The position numbers and the translations under genes are program-made. Under the pieces are notes generated by a model that worked only from the letters and a program-made list of their open reading frames with translations, searched no databases and was not told where the DNA came from. DNA of 64,000 nt from Callorhinchus milii (taxonomy: Eukaryota), in the NCBI RefSeq assembly GCF_018977255.1, contig NW_024704742.1:109308001-109372000 (forward strand), read 5' to 3'. This document shows positions 13,765 through 28,057 of this stretch, in pieces (position 1 is the stretch's first letter; each line of letters opens with the position of its first letter).

Positions 13765-14092
13765 GGAGTCCTGTAGCTCAGTGGTTAGAGCACTCGCTTT
13801 GCAAGTGAGAGACCTGAGTTCAATTCCAGGCAGGGCGAAACCTTGGGCAAGTTTCCTTAGTCCACACGCCTAATAATAATCCCTCCAAAAAACCCAAAAC
13901 AATAATAAATTGGTCATTTTCAATCTACGACTGTTTGTGGGACATTGCTGTGCGCAATTGGCTGCCGCGTTTGCCCACAAATATAGTCAATTCACTTTAC
14001 AGTGTGTTCTGTGAAGCGCTTTGGGACGTCCTCCCGACGTGAAAAGCGCTATATCAAATGCAAGGATTATTATTATTATTATTATTATTATT
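13765..14092 (+). mobile_element. Young tRNA-derived SINE, short subfamily
   Basis: Pol III A box TAGCTCAGTGG, B-box-like GAGTTCAATTCC, L2-like tail and (ATT)n. Confidence 0.93.
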
Positions 14093-17000
14093 ATAAACTA
14101 CTGACAGAAGACCATTTTCATTAATGTAAATTAATTTGGTGCATATCTTACAAGAATTTTGCAGCAATAGGTCAATTCAAATGTATTTTGCTGCGTGGTC
14201 CTATCTGTAGTGCACAGTAGTGTTAGTGATATGTGGGCTGGACAAAACTAGTGGTAGTTTTGTTTTCAGTTTCATGATGGTGGTAACTACAGATTCGCTC
14301 TGTGTATATTCTGCTCTGTGAGCTCCATGTTCTTACTTCTCCTTGGTTAGTTTTCCCAATTCGTCTTTGTTTGCTTTAATTTTACTGTGCTAAAATTGTA
14401 AATGGCTAATTTCAATTTGATAAACTTTAGTATCACGTTACTTCTACTTTGTGTGCCTTTATTTATAAGTGAACAGGGACATAGTTTTTTGAATGGTTGT
14501 GAGCCCACATTGCGACTGCCATGTGGAATGCAAACAGCAAATTAACTCTGTTGGTTGTCTCGAATTGTTTTATAGTGAAAACATCTTTGCAGAATTAGTA
14601 TAAAATTAGAATTAGAATGAGAATAGTGTGTGTCAGCCTGGCCTAGTTCAAGTCTCTGGGTTAAACAGTTGTGGGTTCAAACCCCATGTTGCAATTTTAA
14701 ACTCAATCAAGGCTGACACTCCAATACAGTGCTGGGGATGTAGTGCATTGTTGGAGGTTATGTCCTTCGGATGAGACATTAATACAAGGTCTTGTCTGTT
14801 CAGGTGGAAGTTAAAGATCCCATGGCACTCGTGTCCTGGCCACCAATTCCACCCCCCAATAAAATTGGTCACGCACTTCATGGCAGTTTTTGGGACATTG
14901 CTGTGTGCAAGTTGGTTGCTGAATTTAGCTGTACAACATACAGTTAAAAAAATACACTTTACGAGCATGTGTTGCAATGTCAGAGGTGCCATCATTTGGA
15001 TGAAACATTAAAATGAGGTCCTGTCTGCCTATTCAGGTGGACGTTAAAGATCCCAGTTTCATAAATATTCCACCTCATGCAGTGAACAAGTATTTTCAGT
15101 GGTTACATGTTGTTTTGTACATTGACCACATATAGCCTCAATTGTTCAAATTATCAAGGAACTGAATCCATTTTCACTGAGCTCTGAATTGTCAGATCAC
15201 CACCATATCATATTTCAGTTCCCACTATTCAGACTACTGTCTGTAAATAACATTGGTACACCACTGGTTGCGAAACATTTAATGTGGTAATCCTTAAAAG
15301 GTGATAAAACAGCATATTAAGAGATTAATTATGTGTCTTAGGTTGAATGAGTTGTCATCTTTATGTCTCGAAGACATGATAAAGCACTATATCAAATGCA
15401 AGAATTATTATTATATTATTAAATACATTATTATAAATCATGCATCCTGTGTAGGGCACTTTTTAAAAAAAAATGCAACACAAGCATAATGGAAATGAAA
15501 ATGATAATTTGTTGTCCAGCTTCAGCAATTCATTCATACATTTATTCAGGAAGATTGATCACAATCTCTATATCTCAGCATTTTGATCAAAACCACAACT
15601 CTCCTTTAATAACAATAATAATAATAGAATAATATTAGATAACTCTCCTTTGACAATAAGGGGCAATCTCAGTGTCATTTTTTGTATACTGTGTTCTTTG
15701 TATACAGTAATAACTTGTGAAAATTTTAAACTGATCTCCCTAGAATACACAGAGGCAAAATCTATTTGGACCTATAAAAGATAGATGGATGTTTGGAAAG
15801 CAGGGGTTTTAAGTGTTCTGGGGGTCGGATTTAAGAGCACTCGCCTCACAAGCGAGAGGACCTGTGTTCGATTTTGGGCAAGACGAAACGTTAGGCAAGT
15901 TTCCTTACTCCACACGCCTCTGTTTACCTAGCAGAAAATAGAAACTAGATTGTTAGTCGATTTCTGGGGGTAATAATCCCTTCCAAGAAAATAATATATA
16001 AATAAAATAATAATAATTTGGTCGTTCAATCCACATCTGTTTGTGGGAGACTGCTGTGAGCAATTGTTTTGAAGACACTGACTATGAATGGACATTTGCA
16101 GTAAGTGTTTTGGTAATCCAAGTGCCTCAGTGACGTCTTGTGAAGATCATGTGAAAATACCAATTATAGTTACACTGCAGACAGATGTTAAGAAGATCTG
16201 ACTGCAGGATTCTTACGTTATTGTTATCAGATATTAATAATTGTTGCATTTGATATAGCACCTTTCACATCAGGGGGACACTTTACAAGATTTACTGTAA
16301 AGTTTAGTCACTGAATTTGTAGGTTAACACAACATTCGTGATTTTAGTGACCAATTTTTATTTGGGAGATTGTCGGTCAATATTTTTGGAGAAAATCCCT
16401 TCTCTTTTTCATAGTGATATAGGATCCTTAACATCCACCTAAACAAGTAGGATCTCGATTTAATATCTCACCCAAAGAGCACCACCTCCAACAATTCAAC
16501 CCTCCCACAGTACTGTGTCAGCCTAGACTCTGAATTGAATCCTTAACCTTCTGACTCAGAGGCAAGTATTCATCTCATCTTAACAACAACAACAAAGTTA
16601 CATTGGGAGGATGACCCAAGGTACTAGACAGTTAAGACTTCTCACCCGAGCTGGGGGTTGGAAACAAACGGGGTTGATGGTAGGCGGGTGGGAGGATGGC
16701 CAAAGGTACGGTCAAAGAGGAAGGTCTGGAGATGGACCTTGAAGGAGGCAAGGGAGAGGGCAAGGTGGAGAGATTTCAGGATGGAGTTCCAGAGGATGGG
16801 GATAGAAAAGCTGGAGGCCTGACCCCCAATAGTGGTTTGGTATGGTGTTAATAGGTCGCAGAGGAGGAGCAACATCATGGAGGGCTTTAAAAGGGTAATT
16901 ATTTTAAACTTGATCCTCTGAGGCATGGGGAGCTAATGTAGCTAGATCGGTTTACGGAGCATTAATAATATTGTTTTCAGATGTCGAGTTCTCTCCTTAA

Positions 17001-18529
17001 ATTAGCATGAGACAGTCAGTGCACAATCAAATCATAAAAAACCTTGAAGTCCCTAATGATTATAAGTGCACATAAAGTATATACAAAAAATTAAACCTTC
17101 ATCAATTTTATTGCTGTCGACTAGAGGAAAGAATTTCTTGTGCTACAAGACTATTTCCTGGCACCAAATTTGGAAGAATTATAATGGGTTATAAGGAATA
17201 CTGGAACTGAACCAACCCAAAATCAGACATTGCAATTCCAGGGCATCTGAGCTTATATAACAATATTATATAGTCAAGATCCAGCTCTAGATTTTCATTT
17301 AAATCCTATCATCTCTCTACCCACATAAAAAATGGAGTATAAGGCAGGCTGCTGATTGTTTTTGACTCATTCTATTAAAATTAATTGTAAACTGATATTG
17401 ATATATTGATGTAGTTATGGTTCAGTGGATAACGTTATTGCTTTGTGTGGGAGGCGAATTAATTTAATTAAAATTAAAAGTGACAGCACTAACTATCAAA
17501 CAAAGATATGGCTTGCTGAAGATCCCTTAATTACCACAACAATGTTTGCATTGACACTTTCTCAGGCAATCAAGTCTGGAATATTTGCTGAGATGGAAGA
17601 ATGTGATGAGACAATAACAAACATAATAACAAGCTGCAAGTACATAGAATTAGACTTTGATTTGGGATTTAGTATTGACTTCGGATTCATTATTATAATA
17701 TCAGAGTTATTAATTGGTCAGTCACATAGAATTATACAGAATTACATAGAATGATACATAAAAAGGCTATTCAGCCCAATTCTTCCATGCCAGTGTTTAT
17801 ACTCCCCACACTTCACAGATCCTCCCACTTCTAATCCGCTCGATTCCCTGTTATTGTTCCCCGACACCTGACTGTTCAGCGCTTTGGGACGTTCTCCCGA
17901 CGTGAAAGGCGCTCTATAAATGTAATTTTGTTGTTGTTGTTGATAGTATTTATAGTTTACATTTATTAATTAATTATTTGAAGAACCTGGTAGTATTCTT
18001 AAATAGGATACCATTTAAGACTCCACATCAGATCTTGAGCTCTTAGTCTAGGGTACCACAACAACAACAACTTGTATTTATATAACACCGGGGTAGCATA
18101 CCAGCACGCTTGACAGTGGCGGAGCATGATGCCGTAAACAAATCATAGAACTTTACAGCAGGGAAGAAAAACATTTGGTCCATTGTAGCTGTGCTGGCTC
18201 TTTGCAAGAGCAATCCATTAAGACCCTGCATTTACTTAACTGCCTTTTCCCCATACTTCTGAAAATTTTTCTAGGCTAAAACCTCTGTACAGTTCTGGGG
18301 TAGTCCTGCATTGTCAGAAATGCTGTCTACCAGATGAGCTGTAAAAAATGCAGTTCTCGCTCTCTCTCTCTCTCTGTTCAGATCCCATGAACCCAATTGA
18401 AAATTAAAATGAGTTCTTTCTGTTGTCCTGGCAACAATTATCAACATAAATTTACCTTAGGGCTGTTTATGGGAGCTTGCAAACTGGCTGCTCTATTTGC
18501 CTAAAAAAAGTAGTTACTATGCAAACTAT

Positions 18530-19815
18530 ACTGGTCCCCTCCTCTTTAATATCTATGTGCTCCCTCTTGGTGACATCACCCGCAGATATGGGGTCAACTT
18601 CCACATATATGTGGATGACACCCAACTCTATCTCTCTGCCTCCACTCTTGACTCCAGGACCACTGCTTTCCTGACAGAATGTCTGTTGGACATCAAGTCC
18701 TGGATGAGAACAACAACAACAACAAGATTCCATATATAGAGCGCCTTTCACGTCGGGAGGACGTCCCAAGGCACTGGACAGTTGGGTCAGGACCCGAGCA
18801 GGGGGGAAATGGTCAGGGTGAGGGGAGGGAAGGGAGGGAGCGAGGAGGGGGTAGAGAGTCGAGAGGGGAGCTGAAGGCACGGTCAAAGAGAAAGGTCTTG
18901 AGACCGGCCTTGAAGGAGGAAAGGGAGGAGGCGGCGAAGGCACTGGGGGATAGAGTTCCAGAGCCTTGGGGCTGAGAGGCTGAAGGCCCGACCACCGATG
19001 GTAGGGCGTTTAGGGTGGGGGATGTGGAGCAGACCGGAGCCAGAGGAACGGCACTGACAGCATCACTATCCAGAGATGCACACTCCACCTCACTAAGCCA
19101 GTCTAGAACCTTGGCGTCTTGTTTGACCCTCAACTATCCTTTCTATCCTATATCCGTGCCATTACCCGCTCTGCCTTCCCCAACCTCCGCAACATCACCC
19201 GGCTCTGCTATTTTCTCACACGCAGGCTGCCAAAACCCTCATACACGCATTCATAACATCGAGGCTTGACTATGCAAACTCTTTGGGCTGCATAGGCTGC
19301 AGATCATCCAGAACTCTGCAGCCTGTGTCCTCTCCCCCACCAGGCTCCATGACCCTATCACCCCCATCCTTGCCCAACTCCACTGGCTTCCCATCACACA
19401 GAGGATACAGTTCAAGATCCTGGTCCTCACCTTCAAAGCCCTCCATGGCTTTGCTCCCCCTACCTCTGTGACCTCCTAATCCCCTACCATCCTGCCCACT
19501 CCCTCCGCTCAGCAGGCTCCCAGCTGCTTCACGTCCCCCACCTTGCACACCCCACCATTGGTGGGCAGGCCTTCTGCCACTCTGCCCCCACCCTCTGGAA
19601 CTCCATGCCACAGTCCCTCCACCTTGCCCCCTCCTTTGCCACCTTCAAGGCCCATCTGAAGACCCTCTGACCATGCTTCTGATCACCCTTCTTTCACCCC
19701 TGCCCTCCGAACGCCCCAATCCACCCCCAGCTCAGATCCGAAACACTGCCTGTCCAGCGGCTTGGGCCATTCTCCCAATGTGAAAGGTACTACACAAATG
19801 TAATTTTATTGTTGT
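18530..19815 (+). mobile_element. Older L2 fragment interrupted by a young minus-strand L2 3' end (about 18709-19050)
   Basis: [14 protein letters not shown]...YVDDTQLY at 18530-18707, then an inverted young 3' end, then the older copy resumes at about 19055 and runs to its tail. Confidence 0.88.
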
Positions 19816-22646
19816 ATATATAAATATACAAAGTCAAAAACTGTACTTAATATTCCAGGCTCTTATTGACTGAGAAATAATGCCGTCATCACCTTCTTCA
19901 CATTTGAAAGAATTATCACCTCAAACATATCATTATTTGTGAAAATATATTGCAATAGATATGTAAAATATGCAATCCCAATAGTTCAGATTACAATTTC
20001 CATTGTGCTAGTGGAGAATGTATAAAATGTTGTGAAATTTACAGTGGAATTTAGATGATAATTTTGACGAACGTTACACTGACAGGAAGATCTGAGCATT
20101 CTGGTTTGGCAAAGCTGGTAAAATGCCATTATCTATTCTGGAGAGTTGATGGCATGAACCTTGCAATCGATAACACAAGTGTGTAAGTTGAGAAGTCCAT
20201 GGCGCAAAAGCTACTGGTGGTTTTCTATGTGCATACACAGTGCCCCAGTGGCATCACAAACCTGGAAGAACTAACTGGTGTTGGGTGGTGAGCGACCTCG
20301 CTTGTAACACATGTTTGGGTTTGTTGGATCCCAACAAGCTCCTTATATCCCTGTACACCTGGTGCTACTGTAACACTTGCGGCCTGGTATCCTATTTTGC
20401 TACATAGGGATGCAAATATAATGCAACACTTGGAATCGAGAAAAATCTTTGTATTCAAGAATGAATATCTTGTGAAGACTGACCAGTGTAATTGTACCGT
20501 GGGTTTCACTTCCCCTCTAGAAGTCTGCAAGAGATGACACAATCCAAGCCTGCTTTTAACAAACGTAATGAAAAAGTGTGGCACAACAACATCGACTTTG
20601 CCTTGGGTCACCTGTCTGTTCTCCCCAGCTTGGTGTCAGACTTGCCTATTCAACACTCCGAGACACAGCCTGTGTGAAGGGAGCTATATCAATGCAAACT
20701 GTTGTTGTTATCTGCCAAATAAAGGTAGTTTGGTTAAGAAAAGAGCCCTCACAAATCGTCCCATGGCACCTAGCTTCCATTTTGAAAAGCAATACCTTAT
20801 AAATTATAGATACCATTGCTCTTTAATAGTTTCTTTAACTATGCTCTTTAATAGTCAATGAACTGAAGAACCAGTGATACACAAGTAATTGATCACAGTG
20901 GCTGCTTAATAAGTCCAATAAAACCTGGAACACCTGAGCTAGATTTGTAGACATCTATAAAAGGGAATGTTACATTTGTACATGTTCAGTACACTCAAAT
21001 CCCTTATTAACTGTCAAATGTGCCTTCCTTAAGAAGATTATTATTAATAATAATAATCCTTGCATTTGATATAGTGCCTTATCATGTCGTTGAGATGTCT
21101 TGAAGTGCTTCACAGAATATAAAGTGAATTGACTGTATATTTTGTGGGCGAAATGTGGCAGCCAATTGCGCACAGCAGTATCCCATAAACAGTCGTGGAT
21201 TAAGTGACCAATATTTTTTGGACGGACTATTACCCCCGGAAAGCGATCTGCCAATCAACTAACAACTGGGTTCTGACTAAACAGGCGTGTGAAGTACGGA
21301 AATTTGCCTAAGGTTTTGCCCTGCCTGGGAATCGAACCCTGGTCCTCTTGCTTGTGAGGCGAGTGCTCTAACCAACATGCTAAACATGCTTCATGACACT
21401 ATCTCAAAAGGGAAAGGAGTACCTCCTAGTGTCTCACGCAACAATCCTCAAGAGAAAATTAGTCGTTTGTCTCATGGCTACTTGTGAGAAGTTCAAGCCC
21501 CACGTTAGGACTTTGAACTTTGAGCTCATGGTCTTCAAAAGAAACACAAATCGAAGTGCTGTTTCCCTGTTCAGGTGGACCTTAAAGATCCCATAGCACT
21601 ATTCGAAAAGAGAAGGGTGTTTCTCCTGGTATCCTGGTCAACAATCCCCCAGATAAAATTGATCATTCACTTCATGGCTGTTTGTGGGACATTGTTTTGT
21701 GCAAATTGGCTGTTGTGTCCAACCACAAAATACAGTCAATCCACTACAGTGTATCCTGTGAAAAGCTTTGAGACGACCTCCTGATGTGAAAGGCACTATA
21801 CCAAAATGCAAGGATTATTTATTTGTTTTCACATAAAAGATGTTATATAAAGACAAGCTGTTATTAATTACATTAATACATTAGTATAGTATATGCCCTC
21901 AATATTTTAAAGTCCTGGATCATGTTCTCTATCAATCCTCCTGTCTCCATTGAAAATAATTTCAGTTCTCCTAGTCTCTCTTCAGACCTTTGGGTCTTCA
22001 ATGCTAGAATTATTCTTGTTGCTCTTCTCTGTCTGATGAACTAATGCCTGAGGTTGGTGTATAGTGCAGGGAATATGAAGAGGAAATAAATATTGTACAA
22101 TATTTCTTATACTAGTGTTCATGGTCATATCATCACTAATACATTTTATGACTGTTTTGCTGGCTTTCCATCACACAGAGGATACAGTTCAAGATCCTGG
22201 TCCTCAACCTTCAAAGCCCTCCATGGCCTCATTCCCCCCTATCCCTGTGACCTTCTAACCCCCTACCAACCTGCCCGCTCGCTCCGCTCAACGGGCTCCA
22301 GCCTGCTTCCTGCCTTCCGCCTCACCCACCACACCATTGCTGGGTGAACCTTCAGCTACTCTTCCCCACTCTAGGGAACTCCATCTTGCAGTCCCTCTGC
22401 CTCATCCCCACCTTTGTCTCCATCAAGACCCATCTTAAGGCCCTCTTCTTCGACTGTGCCTTTGATCACCCTCCTTCCCCCCCCCCCCCCCCCCGCCCTC
22501 CACCCTCCCCAATCCCTACCTCCAGCTCGGGTCTGAATTACTGAGTGTCCATTGCCTTGGGATGTGAAGGGCGCTATACAAATGTAATTTTATTGTTGTT
22601 ATATTGCTTTATTTCCATTGATATGTTCTTCATTTTATGTGTGCAG

Positions 22647-22761
22647 GGGAATAACATGCTTGGAACAAGTAATACCAATCTCACTTCCACAAGCACAGTG
22701 ATCTACCAGCTGAAAATTCTGCTAAAGAGTGGACACAATCTGGCAGTACGGGATCGTGGAG
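22647..22761 (+). CDS. MCTP1: MCTP1-like coding exon (start of C2A): GNNMLGTSNTNLTSTSTVIYQLKILLKSGHNLAVRDRG(G)
   Basis: gtgcag acceptor and gtagga donor; 115 nt, phase 0 to 1. Matches the MCTP1 motif GTSN...YQL.I.L..G..LA.RDRGG and joins in frame to 34664. Confidence 0.9.
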
Positions 22762-23376
22762 GTAGGACACAATGCAGCTTGTGAGCAGTTTGGTGGAATA
22801 GTTATTTGATAACAGTACACTTATCGGTTTGCAGTTTTAATCAGTAAACATTAGTACTTTCTCCAGGTAGAGGGAAAATCAATCAATTCCCATTGTTAAA
22901 CATTGTTGCCTCTCCTTTTCTTGATCATTTTGTAATACAAGTCATAAGGTTGCCACAGATGTTACTTGCTGCGTGCTGCTCTCTATGTGTCACACAAAGG
23001 CAGTGATGTACGTGGCGACTTTACAACCTGAAATCGGTCATTTTTGTCATTGAAAATGGACTTGAAGAATTGTTTCCACTTTCTGAAATGCAAAGAAAAA
23101 GGTCTATGTCTAGAACCAGGCAAGATTTATTCCTCAGAATACCACAGGTAGTTTGACAATAGAAAAAATCCAAACCCCCAATTGATTAACATGGATATTT
23201 GTAGTGCATTGCTGTGTGCAAATTGTCTGCCGCATTGGCCTACAAAATATATAGTCACTATGCTTTACAGTAAATCCCCGGTGAAAAGCTTTGAGATGTC
23301 CTCCTGATGTATCTGGCACTATGTCAAATGTAAGGATTATTGTCATAACAATAATGTGGCCTAGATAAAATATCTG

Positions 23377-23745
23377 GAGTCTTGTAGGTCAGTGGTTAGA
23401 ATGCTCGCCTCGCAAATGAGAGACCTGGGTTTGATTCCCGGAAGGCGAAATGTTGGGCAAGTTTCCTTACTCCACATGCCTCTGTTTACTAGCAGTAAGT
23501 AGGAACCCAATTGTTAGTGGATTGGTGGATTGTTTTTCTGGGGGTAATAATTCCTTCCTCCCCCAAAAAATAATAATTTGGTCACTTCAGTCCATAACTG
23601 TTTGTGGGATACTGCTGTGTACAATTGGCTGCCACGTTTCGCCCACAAAATATACAATTGATTCCTTGAAGTGTTTTGAGACATCTCGAAGACATGATAA
23701 GGCGCTATATCAAATGCAAGGATTATTATTTATTATGATTATTAT
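23377..23745 (+). mobile_element. tRNA-SINE, long subfamily
   Basis: tRNA head, then gcctctgtttactagcagtaagtaggaaccc domain, then tail. Related copies at about 668-885, 4693-5101, 15830-16065, 21040-21375(-), 26312-26597+28058-28142 and 50685-51010. Confidence 0.88.
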
Positions 23746-25917
23746 TACTCACATAAACTTGCTGATTACTTCGCTTTGGGTTATTTATATTGTATTAAGT
23801 TGAGAGCAACAGGATGTAAAGAGAATATCAATCACTTGGATTGCTTGTAGTATGCGCCTCACAGCAATCTTAATGAGCTGTGCCTTATTTATCGATCAAT
23901 GCTTAAAGACTCCAGAAAGGCTCTGACATCACAAACCACAAGGTGAGGGGGAGACTGTAATTTAATCTTTGTTCTTTGTTACTCACTACACTATAATCAT
24001 CTGTCCTTTCATTGTTATACTTGGCACAATACCGTCATTGTGTGTCAGGCGTCATCAAATCATAAAGGCCTGCAATACAAGGGTCAAAATAATTACTATA
24101 TCAAATCAAGCTCTCATAGGTAAAAATGGCACAAACAGTATATCCTGTGAAACAGTTTGAAACCTCTCAACCGCATGATAAGGTGCTATATCAAATGCAA
24201 GGATTATTAATTATTAGTGTTATATTGTTAAGAAATGTGTGTATGTTTGAGGACCTCTGACGTCATGATGCTAATTATGCAATGAAGCCAGATGTTTAAG
24301 TTTGCGTGAAATATCGTTGTTAGAATTGTTCTTGCGCCAACTTTTCCATTTCAATCACTATGCAAAGCAATAGGAGATCCAACTCTGAATAAGGATCTGT
24401 CAAATATGATGTTGGAGAACCAGCTGTATTTACATTGCAAGGTACCTCCAGATCCTGCTGAAGGGAAACTGTAATTAAAAGCAACTTTATACCAATTCAA
24501 TAACTGGGAGTTACAAATGTTTATCCGTAATTTATTCTGTCTCATGTACCCCTTTGGCACGGAGCAAGAAAGATTTAAGCAGGTATCAGTTTTCTCTCTT
24601 CAGAGCAACTAAACAAACAAATTGCATTTTTATAGCGCCTTTAATGTCGAGAGAACATTACAAAGCACTAGACACTTGGGAGTTTGCACCTGAGTGGGGA
24701 TTCAAGAGGGGTAGAGGCTGAGAGTGTGGGTATGGGAAGGTGACTGAAGGCATGGTGAAAGAGGAAGCTCTTGAGACGGACCTTGAAGGAGGTGAGGAAA
24801 GGGGCGAGGCAAAAGAACTCTGGGATGGAGTTCCAGAGAGTGGGACACTCCAAGACATTCCCCACTGAGGTGAGGGTAATGCGATTCAGCCAAATCTGAA
24901 CAGACTGAATTGTTGTATGGACAAAACCTTTGTAATTCACCTTGAGAGAAACACAGACTTCAGAATTGAATCACCCCCCCTAATTCTGAAAGTGCTTTGA
25001 GATGTCCTCCCGATGTGGAAGGTGCTATATAATTGTACAACTCATTAAATCCTTTATTATCAAAGGCCATTAAAATGATCATTAATAGCTGAGATCTGAC
25101 TTTTTCAGGGTGGATACGTAACTGTTTAAACAACTGGGTTCCTACTTACTGCTAGGTAAACAGAGGTGTGTGGAGTAAGGAAACTTGCCCACATCAAGCT
25201 ATTTTAGGTTGAAGATATTGTAGAAAATAAGAGCTGTGCATAGCACACTTTTTGTCATTGATCTTCTGGTTCTGTCGGAATTGACAATGATATTAAGTAT
25301 CCTGGGATTTGTAAGTGGCTGCTCTGTTTCCGTGTTCTGGGGATATTATGATCAGGAGACAACTAACTGCTAATTGATGATTGAAATCTTATACAAAACA
25401 AGCTCATTCTAAAAGGTACAGAGACACCAGTGATCCATTGGCATATGTCATTATAGCCCAATACTCAATAGTTTTTTTTTCTTTTTGTGTGATACATGCA
25501 TACATGTATATCTGTTATACTAATAGATGAGACTGCTGGAGAATTAAATATTTTCATCATATACACAGAGCTGACACAAAGTGCTCCTCAGTTTAGTCTG
25601 GTTTGGGAGATATATTTACATAGTTGTAGCGCTCAATCAGCAGTACCAATGTGGCATTTCCACTTCTCATTATCTCTGTTTACATCACCTCTCTGGGAGG
25701 GATTCTGGAGAGTTGGAATTTGTTCTGCCACTTGGTGTAGTTTATAATAAACTCATTTGATATAACGTTTTACATGCTGGTAGGAGGTCTCCAAGGACTT
25801 CACGGGAGTTAATTTGAAGGGTAATGAATACATTTTGTAGTCAAAGTTTACTTTAGGAAAATCATAGTCAGTCACTACAGTTCACGGTAAGAGGAAAGTC
25901 TTGCTCAGATTTTAAGA

Positions 25918-26180
25918 GCATAAAAACATAAGAAATAGGAGCAGGAGTAGGCCATTCAATCCCTCGAGCCTTCCCCGCCATTTAAGATCATGGCTCATCT
26001 ACTAACCTAATTCCATTTACCCGCCCTATCCCCATATTCCTTAATCCCTTTAGTTTTTAAAAATCTGTCGATCTTAGTCTTGAATATGTTCAATGATTGA
26101 GCATCCACAGCCTTCTTGGATAGAGAATTCCATAAATTCACTACCTGAGTGAAGAAATGTTTTCTCAACTCAGTTCTAAA
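25918..26180 (-). mobile_element. CR1 3' fragment
   Basis: FRTELRKHFFTQVVNLWNSL. Confidence 0.8.
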
Positions 26181-26600
26181 GGTACAAGAACACCTAAATC
26201 CCTCTGAATACTTTACAGTACAATCCTGCACAGAAAACAGGATCATTTCAAGATCGGTTTAGATAAAGAAGGCTGTTTGGCCCACCTGATCTCATCTTTC
26301 CAGAATACCCTAGAGTCCTGTAGCTCAGTGGTTAGATCACTCGCCTTGCAAACAATTCCCGGCAGGATGAAATGTTGGACAAGTTTCCTTACTCCACACA
26401 CCTCTGTTTACCTAGCAGTAAGTAGGAACCCGATTGTTAAGTCAATTGGCGGATCACTTTTCCAGGGATAATAATTCCTTAAAAAAATTATAATCATAAT
26501 TTGATCACTCAATCCACGACTGTTTGTAGGACACTGGTGTGCGCATTTGGCTGCCACAATTCTCCAACAAAACACACAGTCAATTCACTTTACAGTACAG

Positions 26601-28057
26601 TACCGGCCCATCTCCAACCTCCCCTTCCTGTCCAAGGTCCTTGAAAGAGTTGTCGCCTCCCAGCTGCGCTCTTTCCTCTCCACCCATTCATTATTCGAAC
26701 CCCTTCAGTCGGGTTTCCGTACTGCCCATAGCACAGAAACTGCCCTGGTCAAGGTCACCAATGACATCCTGACCATCTGCTCCCTCTGCCTCCTCGTCCT
26801 GCTCGACCTATCAGCAGCATTCGATACGGTCGACCACGCTATCCTCCTCCACCCCTTGTCCTCCCACCTCAACCTTCAAGGCCCTGTCCTTGAGTGGTTT
26901 AGATCGTACCTCTCCCTCCGTCTTCATTTTGTCTCTGCAAACGGTTTTTCCTCCACCCCCCGCACTGTCTCGTGTGGTGTCCCTCAGGGCTCTGTCCTCG
27001 GTCCCATCCTCTTCACCCTCTATATGCTCCCCCTGGTGACATCATCCGCAGACATGGGGTTAACTTCCACATGTATGCGGATGACACCCAACTCTACCTT
27101 TCCTCTTCTACCCTCAACTCCACGACCACCGATGACCTGACAGCTGCCTGTCCGACATCGAGTCCTGGACGAGAGACAACTTTCTTCAGCTCAACGTGCG
27201 TAAAACTGAGGCCCTCCTGATTGGCTCACGTCAGCGCCTCCGCACCTCAGGCGCTGACAGCATCAGCATCCAAGGCTGCACTCTCCACCTCTCAAAGCCA
27301 ATCAGGAACCTCGGGGTTCTGTTCGACCCTGAGCTGTCCTTTCTTCCTCATATCCGCACCACAACTGGCACCGCCTTCCATCACCTCCGAAACATCGCCA
27401 GACTACGGCACTACCTCACCCCTCACGCTGCTGAAACTCTGGTCCACGCCTTTATCACCTCAAGGCTGGACTATGGGAACTCTCTCCTCGCCGGCCTTCC
27501 CGCCACCTCCCTCCACAAGCTGCAGGTCATTCAGAACTCTGCAGCTCGTGTACTGTCCCGCACCAGGCTTCGCGACCACATCACTCCCACCCTCGCTCGC
27601 CTCCACTGGCTCCCCATCCCCCAGAGGATCGAGTTCAAGATCCTCATCCTCGCCTACAAGGCCATTCACGGCCTCGCTCCCTCCTACCTCTCCGACCTAC
27701 TATCCCCCTACTTACCTGCCCGTACCCTCCGTTCCTCTGGCTCCGGTCTGCTCCACGTCCCCCGCCCCAACCGCCCTACCATCGGTGGTCGGGCCTTCAG
27801 CCTCTCAGCCCCGAGGCTCTGGAACTCTATCCCCCAGTGCCTTCGCCGCCTCCTCCCTTTCCTCCTTCAAGGCCGGTCTCAAGACCTTTCTCTTTGACCG
27901 TGCCTTCAGCTCCCCTCTCGACTCTCCACCCCCTCCTCGCCCCCTCCCTTCCCTCCCCTCACCCTGACCATTTCCCCCCTGCTCGGGTCCTGACCTTGGG
28001 ACGTCATCCCGACGTAAAAGGCGCTCTATAAATGGAATCTTGTTGTTGTTGTTGTTG
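26601..28057 (+). mobile_element. 5'-truncated young L2 (RT to 3' tail) inserted into a tRNA-SINE
   Basis: [22 protein letters not shown] and YADD; (TTG)n tail. TACAGTA is duplicated at the left junction (26591-26602 region) and at 28058-28064. Confidence 0.95.

Noticed and set aside
13765..13840. tRNA gene (near-cloverleaf, TGC anticodon)
   Set aside because: It continues into a SINE body and tail with no oligo-T terminator. The anticodon varies among copies (TGC, TAC, CAC, CGC) and the T arm is imperfect. It is a SINE head.
17425..17754. 109-aa ORF
   Set aside because: No recognisable domain and no convincing splice-site pair; AT-rich intronic sequence.
20692..20724. ATG...AAG/gtagtt as a short phase-0 first exon
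   Set aside because: It overlaps a degenerate L2-type tail (gctatatcaatgcaaactgttgttg), the donor is weak, and there is no homology.
27196..27967. Long overlapping ORFs (233 and 248 aa) as host genes
   Set aside because: They are an L2 ORF fragment and its C-rich shadow frame; the same peptides recur in other L2 copies.
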